A stretch of DNA of 63,207 nt, filler included, from Octopus bimaculoides (taxonomy: Eukaryota), in assembly GCF_001194135.2 (NCBI RefSeq). It is 3 parts of 3 records of this genome, joined end to end, with 100 filler letters (N's around TTAATTAATTAA, not from the genome) between each part and the next. Parts side by side here need not be neighbours in the genome. Positions count along the whole stretch, not along the records: positions 31,969 to 61,186 come from NC_069003.1; 2 more parts are not named here. The stretch is one strand, 5' to 3'. The notes under the pieces are model-generated. The model saw only the letters and a program-made list of their open reading frames with translations, searched no databases and was not told the origin of the DNA. The position numbers and the translations under genes are program-made. Positions 36,311-48,414 of the stretch are shown piece by piece; position 1 is the first letter of the stretch; every line of letters starts with the position of its first letter.

Positions 36311-36703
36311 ATNNNNNNNNNNNNNNNNNNNNNNNNNNNNNNNNNNNNNNNNNNNNNNNNNNNNNNNNNNNNNNNNNNNNNNNNNNNNNNNNNNNNNNNN
36401 NNNNNNNNNNNNNNNNNNNNNNNNNNNNNNNNNNNNNNNNNNNNNNNNNNNNNNNNNNNNNNNNNNNNNNNNNNNNNNNNNNNNNNNNNNNNNNNNNNNN
36501 NNNNNNNNNNNNNNNNNNNNNNNNNNNNNNNNNNNNNNNNNNNNNNNNNNNNNNNNNNNNNNNNNNNNNNNNNNNNNNNNNNNNNNNNNNNNNNNNNNNN
36601 NNNNNNNNNNNNNNNNNNNNNNNNNNNNNNNNNNNNNNNNNNNNNNNNNNNNNNNNNNNNNNNNNNNNNNNNNNNNNNNNNNNNNNNNNNNNNNNNNNNN
36701 NNN

Positions 36704-36746
<43 letters not shown>

Positions 36747-36749
<3 letters not shown>

Positions 36750-36990
36750 GAGGCACATGGCTTAGTTTTTAGGGTGTCAGCACCATGAACGTAAGATTGT
36801 GGTTTTGATTCCTGGATTGGGCGACGCATTGTGTTCTTGAGCAAAACACTTCATTTCACATTGCTCCAGTCCACTCAGCTGGCAAAAATGAGTAACGCTA
36901 TGATGGACTGGCGTCCTGTCCAGCTGGGGAACACATACGCCATTGAAACCGGGCCCATGAACCTGACTAGGCTTTAAAAGGGCGCATTTA
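36747..36990 (+). mobile_element. SINE family C (tRNA head plus conserved central core)
   Basis: tggcttagtttttagg...gttttgattcc head; cttgagcaaaacacttcatttcacattgctccagtccactcagctg core; gatggactggcgtcctgtccag. Confidence 0.8.
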
Positions 36991-37217
36991 CTTATTATTT
37001 TATATATGTATATATATATATATATAGATTCAAGGCTTGAATATGGTACTTATGCGAAGGCACCCGAATATCACCCGAATATCTAGCCTGATAGACCCTG
37101 CTATGTCAAGATGGACTTATATATTCTTCCTCACATTTGGATTTTATGTATGCTCTCTCCCACTTGGTTTTAATATGTTGCCACATTTGTAATATGTCTT
37201 TTTTCTGCATTTTTTCG

Positions 37218-37306
37218 TGCAGCTGAAGATTGCTCTTCATATTGCATTTAAGGTAATGCTCACATTACTTAAATAAATTGAAGTAGCATGAAACGTGCGT
37301 ACTGCA
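37218..37306 (+). ncRNA. Type-I hammerhead ribozyme with long stem II, in a ~310-bp ORF-less element flanked by (TA)n
   Basis: TGCAG-CTGAAGA-T-[TGCT CTTCA..ATTTAA G GTAATG ctca CATTAC TTAAAT..TGAAG T AGCA]-T-GAAA-CGTGCG-TA-CTGCA. Confidence 0.75.
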
Positions 37307-37477
37307 ATCACTTTTGAAATCCGTGTTGCTTATTGTTTGATATATATATACATATATGTATATATATATATATATATATACCAAAGTAAGCACATAAATG
37401 TGAAACAAGGTGGAAAAACTGTACTCGAATACCGTAGGTAGAGTAATATACTTTATTAATACGGCTGCATAGACATC

Positions 37478-37527
37478 ACAAAAACTGTTACTCAGAGTTT
37501 CACATTCCCATTCGTTGGACAGTTTTG
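37478..37527 (-). ncRNA. Degenerate hammerhead (same family as 58834-58887), core CCAACGA
   Basis: Reverse complement aaaactgt-CCAACGA-ATG GGAA TGT-GAAA-CTCTGAG-TA-acagttttt. Confidence 0.6.
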
Positions 37528-37558
37528 GTTTGGAATCATCTATCTATCTATCTATCTA

Positions 37559-37592
<34 letters not shown>

Positions 37593-37916
37593 TATATAAA
37601 ATAATAACAAGAACTTTGGATGGAAATTCGTAAAATGGATTTGTAAAAAACCCACTCTTTTTTCCAGTTTTACTGAGTGTCAAGCTAATAGATTCCATGT
37701 GTACATCCTCTTATTGTTTTGTTATTTGTTATTTTTAATGTTTGATTGTTAATGTTCATCTTTTAATGTTCAATTTGGTACTATATACATATATATATTT
37801 ATATATATATATCTAATTATATATATGTGGTTATATATATATATTTTCATATATATTGTGTGTATGTGTGCATGAATATATCTTTAGTTATATATGTACA
37901 TATATCTTTATACATA

Positions 37917-37951
<35 letters not shown>

Positions 37952-38967
37952 ATGTATGTGTATGTGCAGATGTTTAGCATGTACAGTTAAGCTGAAAAAC
38001 ATGCGCTTGCATATACAGCAAACATACAGGTATTCGCACACACAAATTCACCCATCACAACCCCACACCAACCAAATCAATAACTCTGTAATATCAATCA
38101 CTCAATATTGACAGAACAAAACATTATTGCATAGCCACCATGTTCATGTTTCTAAACATCATTTGTCATCAATCACATTTTCTCCCTCCCTCTTTCTACA
38201 CTCTCTTTTCCCCTTTCTCCCTCTCCTTCTCTCCCTCTCCTTCTCTCCCTCTCCTTCTCTCCCTCTCTTTTTATACATACATACATACATACATATCCCT
38301 TTCTCATCCTCTCTCTCTCTCTCCTCACCTCTCTACCTCTGACACATCCACATATGCTTATCTGTTTTATTGTGGCGATAGTGGCAGTGGCTGTTGTTGA
38401 ATATTAAGCATTCCTTGCCTGTGTTCTTTCTTCTTTTATATCAGAATTTGTCTGCATCATTTCAAGAAATAATCTAAAACTATCATCTCATCCTTTTGAA
38501 GAAGATGCAATATTTCTAAAGAATATTGGGAATTCTGGTGCCAGTTTTGTTTGGTTTTAAATTGATTTTGGGTTTATGAGAGAGGAAGGGTTGGGTACCA
38601 TTTTAACTGAGAATTATATTTACATTTAAAAAAAAATTTATCTATCTTATATAAATCTAATAATTAATCACCATTTCAAATAAAAATTGATCTTTAATTG
38701 AAATTAGATTTGTAAAACATTTGAAATTGTTTCTGGATTCTAAAGTTTCAATTTAAATCTCAATTATCATTTGATGATTAATTTCAGTTTCCATATGTTT
38801 CACAGTTTTTAAAAATAGTTTTTGTTCGTTTTTCTGATATATCTTAGGTTATTTAGAAAAATAAATAAACTCTAGGGCTTCCTATATTGTTTAGTTAATC
38901 ATATATGTTAACAAATGTTTTGAGAAGTTGATTTTGGTGGATCAAAAAATGAGAGTTTAGGATAAAT

Positions 38968-39300
38968 GTCTTGTCGCCTTCCTGGCACGTGAAAAGACAT
39001 TCGAGCGAGTTCGTTGCCAGTCCTGCTGGACTGGCTCCTGTGCAGGTGGCACGTAAAATACACCATTTTGAGCGTGGCCGTTGCTAGTACCCCTTGACTG
39101 GCCTTCGTGCCGGTGACACGTAAAAGCACCCACTACACTCTCTGAGTGGGTGGCGTTAGGAAGGGCATCCAGCTGTAGAAACTCTGCCAAATCAGATTGG
39201 AGCCTGGTGTAGCTATCTGGTTTCACCAGTCCTCAGTCAAATCATCCAACCCATGCTAGCATGGAAAGCGGACGTTAAACGATGATGATGATGATTGATG
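38968..39300 (+). mobile_element. Retroposon with tggcacgtaaaa internal repeats and (GAT)n tail (RTE 3' UTR or RTE-tailed SINE)
   Basis: Three ggcacgt/gacacgt-aaaa units; tail catgctagcatggaaagcggacgttaaacgatgatgatg; near-identical minus copy at 51958-52248. The RTE link is from recall. Confidence 0.8.
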
Positions 39301-40030
39301 ACATCAGTGAAGTAAACCAACCATGAGCAAGTGTAACTTAGGGCATCTTTTGCTTCCTCCCAAACTTTATCTTCCACTTTACTAAATTTGTCCAGTTTTA
39401 TTTAGATGTGTGGTGATTTAACTCAGATTTATCTCACTTTTTGCTTGAGGAGTGTATACACAGGTGTATATGCTTCGTGCTATTTGCACCATCTAAAACA
39501 ATCATAACAGTTTTCACATGCTGATGGGCCTCCATATAAACAGCAGCATGAGTAGGCACTCCACTGTTCTTTTGGTGCCAAGCAAACACAAGAGGAAGGT
39601 GAAAGCAGTTGAGAATTTTGGGTTTGAAGATAATGGTGAGGGAGTGAAAGAAAGTGGGGAGACATAGATGAGCTAGTGTTGTATTATGCTAGAGTGATAT
39701 TGTGTTCAGTTGTCTTTGTTGAGTTCCGAATTTGTTCATATAGTGTACTGTTATTTCTGGTCTGATAGAAATGGAAGATGTGATGGGCACCAGTATTGAA
39801 GTAAATGTTTGTTGAAGTGCTTACATTTTTTAAAGATCTCAAATCTGGGTTTCACTATTTGAAGATATGCATGTTTATATACCACACAATGAGGTTTCGA
39901 TGCTTGGCACAAAATATAGTTGATAACTTAAAGTTCAAATTTTAAACCGGTCAATGGAGAAAATAATTTACCACCATTCATATTATATTCCCTGGACTTT
40001 AGCATCATTGGTTTTGGTTGCATATAAAAG

Positions 40031-40087
40031 ATGACAGTGCTGAAGAAACAGTTTTTATATAATGCTGTGAAACTAATAGTATACCAT
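40031..40087 (+). ncRNA. Type-I hammerhead ribozyme candidate
   Basis: ATG-aca-GTG-CTGAAGA-A-ACAG[tttttatataatg]CTGT-GAAA-CTAATAG-TA-TACCAT. GUA triplet; bulged stem I. Confidence 0.55.
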
Positions 40088-41020
40088 GAATAGTTACATT
40101 TTATGTATCTCTTCTTATATATTATATTCTCTCATTTATACTAAGTGCTTTAGTTTTGTTCCTGTTATCATCAACACCACATGTAAATATATATATATTC
40201 CTATATTGATCTCACAACCTTTTTATACTATCACACTGTTATAAATTAATCTCCAAGATAGCCAGACCATAACAAATTTGACATGTTGCTTATTTATTAG
40301 ATGAGATTGGTGTAAGATGGGTCCAGATAGAATATATTGATCGAGTAATTGATGGTTTTCTATTCTCTTTAATAATAAGTAATGAATGTTTTAAGTCATG
40401 TATTTTATTATTATTGGCCTCTACCGAGAAACAGTACGATCACAGAAAGTTAACTGATCAAAAGACAAAATGTAACATGAACAGATACGTATATTGGCTG
40501 GTATGAAGGCCTGGATTTGTGAATTTGTTTGAAACATTTACTTGGCAACTTTCATATCATAGGTTTGTCCGATGGAAACTAACTGAAACTCCTCAATGGT
40601 AAAAGAAGGTTGTAAATTAGTGAAACAAGAGTCATAGAAAATAATTAAATAAGTTCTATCTTTATCCAGCTATCTAGATTAGATAGAAATATTTCTTCAT
40701 GGCAGAGTATGTGATAAAGTGATAATGTAAGAATATTCTAGCAGTAATGGCCAGAGTTTGGTCTGAAATGATCTGTCTTAATGTAATTAACCCATTCACA
40801 ATGGTTCCAATCATCGAAGCATAGCTATTTGCTGGGAAAGTAAATGGCTTGAAGCTTTAACAATGATAAGACATACATATCAGGCAATATATCAGAGCAA
40901 CTTCTCCATTCTACTTGAGTATGACACATATGGAAGATGAAGTACATTAAGTTTTAGAAGATATAATTATGGCACCATTAATGATAGTAAATAATGTGTG
41001 TAGACGTGAGTGGATGTGTA

Positions 41021-41106
<86 letters not shown>

Positions 41107-41349
41107 AACACACACATTTATATAGATATACATATTTATATGTATTTACATATGTATGTGTATATATATATACACACACATACAGAATGTATTCAGTGAA
41201 CAGATAAAAGATGAAGATTATTGTTGTTATGTCATTGACTTGGCTGTTGTGGTTGTTACAAATACCATCCTCATTTATCTTTATAGCAGCAAATAGAATT
41301 TATCATCTTTTAATTAACGCCATAATCTAGAAGAATCTAACACAAACTC

Positions 41350-41770
41350 TACAGGCATGGAAGTGCTGTCAGCCAGGCTTGCCTGAGATGGGCACAGAGC
41401 AATGAAACTGTTCAGAATGCTCTTGACAAGTGCCCAAGCATTGCTGTTATATGTAAGACAGATCTGGCTATCGGCTGAGTCTGTTTTGAAAACCAACCCA
41501 CTATCTTCTGTTGGCTGGGAAAGACAGGCAGTGTTCCTTTATCTGATGGCCTTAGCAAAAGAGATTGTTTGGTGAACAAGATCGAAAGGACTGAAGGCAG
41601 GAATTTTCCTGTTTGGCCAAGATCTCATCAACTTTTTCAAGTTTCACTTGAAAAAGGAAGTGAGGGTAGAAAGAGAAGTGCTGGCACCCAGCAATTTTGT
41701 TGAAAGGTGGGTGAATGTTGCAAGAATGGTATGAGTGAATGAGTCTGCTCTGAACATGCTCCTATAGATG
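41350..41770 (+). pseudogene. L1/Tx1-like ORF2 C-terminal fragment
   Basis: ...GQDLINFFKFHLKKEVRVEREVLAPSNFVERWVNVARMV... Confidence 0.65.
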
Positions 41771-41829
41771 ATGTGAAAAAAACACTTGCCTTAGTGGTCA
41801 GGGCCTCCATAGTTTTGTAGGGTTTCCAC

Positions 41830-42430
41830 AAGCAGCCCCAGGTAGTCTCTTCATGTCTTCAGTTTTTGGTAGAAGGTATGTTGTTTGTTCAGCCAGTCAG
41901 GCAGGTATTTGCTCTGGGTTCTGAATGACATCAGTTAGGGATGTAGCAAGGCTTTGGTGTACTTCTGTTAAACAATTCAGCCAGAAGTTAGGAATCTGGT
42001 CCAGTCCTGGGATTCTCCACTTGTGAGACTTTCTAAGAACGTATCTTAGCTCTTCTACTCCTATTACCACCCATTTCTGCTCTTTGCGCTTCAGCATTGT
42101 ATTCTTTTTTTGTTGCTCAATATCTTCTTGCAGCACCCTTCCATTTCCTCAGTCTTAGGTGGCTCATTTACTTCTATCTTGATTTTGCCAATTTCCCTGT
42201 AAAATTTTTTTGCATCCATCTTGAATACCTTGCATTGTCGATAAAATTTGATTCTTTCATCTGCCTTTGCACAGCTTCTAACGCTGGAGATGTACTACAG
42301 TGTCAGCTGTTCACTACCAGTGAACTAAGGTAACACCTCTTATTTTTTGAGCACCTTCTGGAGTATTTAAGCAGTTCCAAGCAGTGCTGTTTTCTGCAAG
42401 TGCTCCACCCTTATTGCAGCCCCTATTTGT
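41830..42430 (-). mobile_element. R4/Dong-like fragments: 3' end (42262-42430) abutting a mid-ORF piece (41830-42261)
   Basis: Minus strand reads IRVEHLQKTALLGTA...KVL then the 3' UTR; followed by ERIKFYRQCKVFKMDAKKFYREIG...HKWRIPGLDQIPNFWLN...PEQIPA. Confidence 0.8.
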
Positions 42431-42435
42431 CCCTC

Positions 42436-42471
<36 letters not shown>

Positions 42472-42502
42472 CATTATTATTATTATTATTATTATCATCA
42501 TT

Positions 42503-42637
42503 ATTATTCTGCTGAGGTCAACTTTGCCTTTCATCTTTTCGAGGTCAATGAAATAAGTACCAGTGAAACGCTGGGGTTGATGTAATCAACTAGTCCCCTC
42601 CCCACAAATTTGTTGCCTTGTGCCTCCAGCAGAAAGG

Positions 42638-42693
<56 letters not shown>

Positions 42694-42709
42694 AATTATC
42701 ATTATTACT

Positions 42710-42741
<32 letters not shown>

Positions 42742-43130
42742 TATTGGCAGATTGGCAGAATCAGTAGAGTGGTGACTAAAATGTCTCACAGTTTATATTG
42801 TCTCTTTATGTTCTAGGTTCAATTTCCACCAAAGTCAACTTTACTTTTCATCCTTTTGGGATCATTAAAATAAAGCTCCAGTCAAGTACGGAGGTCAGTA
42901 GAACTGACTTAGCCCCTCCCCTCCAAAACTGCTGAAGCTATTATTATTAAAGGCAGCAAGGTGACAGAATTGTTACACTTCAAGTTCAAAACCCACTGAA
43001 ATCAACTTTTGCCTTTCATCCCTCCAGGGTCGATAAAATAAAGTACCAGTCATGTACTGGGGTCAATGGTTTTGAGTAATATCCTCTGCTCAAAATTGCT
43101 GGCTTTGGGCCAAAATTTGAAACCACTATT
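42503..43130 (+). mobile_element. Cluster of three diverged SINE family B copies separated by (ATT)n tracts
   Basis: gaggtcaactttgcctttcatc motif at about 42513, 42833 and 43000, each followed by aagtaccagt.. and ccttgtgcc/ctttgggcc tails. Confidence 0.8.
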
Positions 43131-43602
43131 ATTAACATCATCATCAACATCATCATCAGTAATAGAGTAGTAGTAGTAAGTTGTAGTGGTAGTAGTAAGT
43201 AGTAGTAGTAGTAGCAGTAGTAGTAGTAGTTGTAGCAGTAGTAGTAGTAGTAGTAGTAGTTATTTAAGTAGATTTATCATGTTATACAAATAATATTAAT
43301 GTCTCCAGTCCATTTTCTCTCTCCTCTCACTCCCCTCATGCACCCATCTCTCTCTCTCTCTCTCCATCTCCCCCTCCCCCTCCCTACCACTTCTCCAAGC
43401 ACCAATGTCATCTTCACTGATACACTTAAACTCCCCAACCGACAATTAGCTAAACAATTACCATCGGGTCCAATTAGCGACGCTAATTACTGACCCTTCC
43501 CCCAGCCCCTAACCACACACTAATAATAATAAAGAATTGAAAGGGAGTCAAAGTGACACCATAAAGTATTTAGACATGTTGCTGTTGTTGTGGTTGTGGT
43601 AG

Positions 43603-43633
<31 letters not shown>

Positions 43634-44376
43634 GATGGCAGTGGCAGTGGTGGTGGCAGTGGTGGTGGTGGTGATGGTGGGGGTGATGGTNNNNNNNNNN
43701 NNNNNNNNNNNNNNNNNNNNNNNNNNNNNNNNNNNNNNNNNNNNNNNNNNNNNNNNNNNNNNNNNNNNNNNNNNNNNNNNNNNNNNNNNNNNNNNNNNNN
43801 NNNNNNNNNNNNNNNNNNNNNNNNNNNNNNNNNNNNNNNNNNNNNNNNNNNNNNNNNNNNNNNNNNNNNNNNNNNNNNNNNNNNNNNNNNNNNNNNNNNN
43901 NNNNNNNNNNNNNNNNNNNNNNNNNNNNNNNNNNNNNNNNNNNNNNNNNNNNNNNNNNNNNNNNNNNNNNNNNNNNNNNNNNNNNNNNNNNNNNNNNNNN
44001 NNNNNNNNNNNNNNNNNNNNNNNNNNNNNNNNNNNNNNNNNNNNNNNNNNNNNNNNNNNNNNNNNNNNNNNNNNNNNNNNNNNNNNNNNNNNNNNNNNNN
44101 NNNNNNNNNNNNNNNNNNNNNNNNNNNNNNNNNNNNNNNNNNNNNNNNNNNNNNNNNNNNNNNNNNNNNNNNNNNNNNNNNNNNNNNNNNNNNNNNNNNN
44201 NNNNNNNNNNNNNNNNNNNNNNNNNNNNNNNNNNNNNNNNNNNNNNNNNNNNNNNNNNNNNNNNNNNNNNAAACTTTATTCAAGGTTAATCTTACATTCA
44301 ATACGCTAAGTTGTGAAATTCTTGTAGTGCTACAAGTGAATGAAATGGTTTAGTAATCTACAGGAAATTTAAATAA

Positions 44377-44722
44377 GGGTTGACAGCTCATTGGTTAGAG
44401 TGTCGAGCTCACAATCATGAGGGAGTGAGTTCAGTTCTCGGACCAGGCTGTGTGTTGTGTTCTTGAGCAAGACACTTTATTTCATGTTGCTCCAGTTCAC
44501 TCAGCTGTAGAAATGAGTTGCGATGTCACTGGTGCCAAGCTGTATCAGCCTTTGCTTTCCTCTTGGATAACATCAACAATGTGGAGATGGGGAGGCTGGT
44601 ATGCATGGGTGAATGCTGGTCTTCCATAAACAATCTTGCCTGGACTTGTGCCACGGAGGGTAAATTTCTGGGTGCAACCCTATGGTCATATATGACTGAA
44701 GGGGGACTTTACCCTTTACCCT
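44377..44722 (+). mobile_element. SINE family D (same central core as family C, different 3' part)
   Basis: gctcattggttagag...gagttcagttctc head; cttgagcaagacactttatttcatgttgctccagttcactcagctg core; tail tttaccctttaccct. Confidence 0.8.
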
Positions 44723-45619
44723 AGGCCGCTAGGGCAAAGAGCAAAGAGGCTTGAAGAGGTCTGAGAGTTTGGATGTGAAGAAATTAGGTTAAATATAAAT
44801 TTGGGCCTCAGTAGAGGAACTGGTGTTGAAGAGAGATACATGAGATGGATCAAATGTAGATGGTATGAGAGGAAAGAAGTGAGCTAACATATTCTAGAAA
44901 TTGGTGGAGTGGTGACGGTGGTGGAGGCGATGGCAGCAGCAGTGAGATAGGGGTGGTGGCAGTGGCAGCACTGGTTGTTGTGGTGGATGTGGTGGTGGTG
45001 GTGGCGTTGTTGTTGTTGTTGGTGGTGGTGGTGGTAGTGGTGATGGCAGGGGATGGGGTGGTAGTGGATGTGGTGGTGGTAGTGTAAGTAGCACTGGCGG
45101 TGGTGGTAGTGACGGCAGCGTTGTTGTTGTTGTTGNNNNNNNNNNNNNNNNNNNNNNNNNNNNNNNNNNNNNNNNNNNNNNNNNNNNNNNNNNNNNNNNN
45201 NNNNNNNNNNNNNNNNNNNNNNNNNNNNNNNNNNNNNNNNNNNNNNNNNNNNNNNNNNNNNNNNNNNNNNNNNNNNNNNNNNNNNNNNNNNNNNNNNNNN
45301 NNNNNNNNNNNNNNNNNNNNNNNNNNNNNNNNNNNNNNNNNNNNNNNNNNNNNNNNNNNNNNNNNNNNNNNNNNNNNNNNNNNNNNNNNNNNNNNNNNNN
45401 NNNNNNNNNNNNNNNNNNNNNNNNNNNNNNNNNNNNNNNNNNNNNNNNNNNNNNNNNNNNNNNNNNNNNNNNNNNNNNNNNNNNNNNNNNNNNNNNNNNN
45501 NNNNNNNNNNNNNNNNNNGGGGGGGGCTGGATGGGTTGACACAATATGGTGATCAGAGGAAGAAAGAGAGAGAGAAAGAAGGGGAAAGAAGGAGAGAGAG
45601 AGAGAGAGAGAGAAAGTGA

Positions 45620-45790
45620 GAGACAAATTAGTTGAGAAGAACTGTGTGGAAGTTAGTAGAAGATCATTCAGATATGAAGAGCAGTGGCCACTATTGTCGC
45701 AGTGGAAAAGTAAGAAGGAGGAGACAGTATGTCTATAGGTCAGAGGTTGAAGTATATTAGTTATCCGGGGTGAAGTTCTACGATCATTAT
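45620..45790 (-). pseudogene. CR1/Jockey-group LINE C-terminal remnant
   Basis: Minus strand ILQPLTYRHTVSSFLLFHCDNSGHCSSYL resembles the LQPLxHRRxVASLxLFYRYxxGxCSxEL motif. Confidence 0.4.
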
Positions 45791-46327
45791 CCAAAAATAA
45801 ATGAATAATGGTAATAAAATCCAATAGAATTAAATACAAATAAATAACATGCTTCATGCATACCTACACACATATATACATATAAAATATATCCACATGC
45901 ACACATACATGCACATGCACACATATATGCACAGTGCACACATAAACACATACACATATTAACAGAACAAAAACAAAAAAAACAATCTCATCTTCAATTA
46001 AAAATAGATAAGGAAAGAAAAGACTTAAAATATGAATTATAAAAAGAGATATAAAACCAAAACGTCTGGCAGTATCTGATGATATGCTGGAGGCTAGTAA
46101 ATATAATGATGCAAGAGGATATCAGGACGTGATGTTACATTAATATCACATTAGTCATTGGTTATTGACAACTTTCATACTTCTTTCTCTTTCTATTTAT
46201 GTACATACATGCAATTATACATACATACATAATCCATACATACATACATACATACATACATACATACATACATACATACATACATACACATGTACATGTG
46301 TGTGTGAGTGTCATTTTTAAATTATAG

Positions 46328-46880
46328 CTACTGATTTTCTATAGAATTTAGATTCAGAACTAAAAGTTACAATGTTTTGTATATGAATATGTCTATGTAA
46401 ACAATGCAATTGAAGACAGAAAAAAATAGGTAATGGGTGTACATGCATATTTCAGGAGTTCCTGCTCTTTCCTCAGTACCACATCCAACCCATTAACCAT
46501 CCATGAACACATTGCTCGAATAGCTTCTAAGTTTAGCAGTGTAAAACTACCAGATAGATCAATTTACATATTAAGCACATTCCTGGCAACTGGTACATAC
46601 ATATTGATTACTAGTAGGAGCATTGAATTTCGTTTTGCAACAAAAATACACTACCAAGAATATTAAAAGTTTATAAGTCAATGCTGTGTCTTACTTTTGT
46701 GTTAGCAGTGTAATACAATCACTTTAAAGCTATTTCTATAGATTTTCTACAGAATTTAGAGCCAGGAATGAAAGTTATGACGTTTCACATACAGATATGT
46801 CTATGTAAACAATTTGTTCAAAGATAGAAAAATAGGAAATGGGTGTATTTCCATATCTCAGGTGCTCCCTGTTCTCCACC
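46328..46880. repeat. Diverged ~150-bp direct repeat (46328-46490 and 46728-46880)
   Basis: Shared blocks gattttcta(t/c)agaatttaga, aaagtta, atatgtctatgtaaacaat, aatagg(t/a)aatgggtgta, tcagg. Confidence 0.75.
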
Positions 46881-46899
46881 ACATCACAGACAAGCATTA

Positions 46900-48310
46900 G
46901 CCAAAGTGGTTTAGGATATCAATTCTGATGTGAGGGACAGGTCTTCTTGAGTACAGCAACATGCCAGATATATCTCAATGCTTTGTCATTCCCTTCGTAA
47001 AACCCAGTGTCTTGAGATTGGCCTTCAGTGCTTCATCCCATGTCTCCCTCTTCCATCCATTTGAAGTGATCGGCACTTCTTTATACAACTATCCACATGC
47101 GTATGTATCACATGACCAAACCAGCACAGTCTTCTCTCTTGCACACTGCATCTAATTCCTCTTATGCCTAACTTTTATCTCAATACCCAACAGAATTCCT
47201 CTCGATACATGGCTCACAACCATGTAACATGGCTCACAACCATGTAACATGTCTCACTACCATGTTTCACTACCATGTGACATTGCTGTTTGTAAACATG
47301 CATCATGCAATTTTCCTTTCACACAGAGGAGGAAACTTTTGGCTGTCAACAGAGGTAAAGCTCTCTAAATTTTCTCTATCCTTTTCTTACACTACACTTT
47401 CTGTACATCCATTCCCACTGCTATTTAGGCCCCCTATATTGCAGGTATTATACATTACATTTAAAGATCCTTCAAGGCATTTGAGAAGATCAATTCCCCA
47501 TATATTTGTAGTCTTTGTGGCTCTTGTACATCTTCCACATACAAACACTACCTTCTCTGATAACCTTCCTATTATTTCCCTAGACCTCTTGTGTGTCCAT
47601 AGCTTGAACATGGTTCACCAAATGGAATTCCTGCATACACTTTTTCTACAAATCGAGCAGGGCCATTTGCCTGATAGGTATAGTGTCCCGTCCATTGTCT
47701 TGCTTACTAGAACCTTAGTCTTTGCTAAGTTAACCTTTAGGCCCTTCAATTCCAAGTTTTGCTTCCACACCAGGAATTTCTTTTCTAGTTTTGTTACACA
47801 ATCTGCTATAATAGCAAGATCATCAGTATATAGCAGTTCCTAGGGTGAAAGCTAGTCTTGAATTCTTCTGTTATGGCCTGGAGGACAATGATAAATAGGA
47901 GGGGGACTGAGAACCAAACCCTGATGGATGTTTAAATTCATTACTGTGCTCATGGCTAATGGCTAACTCTCACCACACAGACAGAACGTCTGTGCATGCC
48001 CTGTACAGCTTTCACAAGCAACTCATTTACCCCTAGCTTTCTCAGAGCCTACCTTATCACACAGCGGGGTACTGTGTAGAAGGCTTTTGTCAAGTCAACA
48101 AATACCAAGTACAATGGTTTATTCTTAGCCAAATACTTCTGCAGTTACCTGCCTATGAAGCCATCAGTAGTGCTTCTCTCCAACACAAAACCAAACTGCA
48201 TTTCATCTCATCTGATTCTGTTCCTAATTAATTGGGCTATAACTCTTTCTGTAACTTTCATGGCCTGGTCCAGCAATTTGATACCTCTGTAATTATTCTA
48301 AGGTATCTCC
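46900..48310 (-). mobile_element. RTE-clade LINE (RT with PHD-finger insertion), 5'-truncated, decayed
   Basis: NYRGIKLLDQAMKVTERVIAQLIRNR; MQFGFV; LYLVFVDLTKAF; LLYTDDLAIIA (47819-47830); SGKWPCSICRK...KLWTHKRS...VFVCGRC (47528-47659); RLCWFGHV. Confidence 0.88.
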
Positions 48311-48341
48311 TTTAACCTTGTAGTAGCTGATATATAAATAT

Positions 48342-48414
<73 letters not shown>

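Noticed and set aside
38445-38550. Possible host exon after a strong polypyrimidine acceptor (EFVCIISRNNLKLSSHPFEEDAIFLKNIGNSG); similar candidates at 20771-20799, 33399-33540 and 40563-40598
   Set aside because: No recognisable protein similarity, weak or ambiguous donors, and no consistent gene model; needs RNA-seq.
46060-46110. CTGATGA plus short hairpin, also the similar cases at 49484, 59124 and 60508 (minus)
   Set aside because: GAAA is missing or altered, or stem I does not pair.
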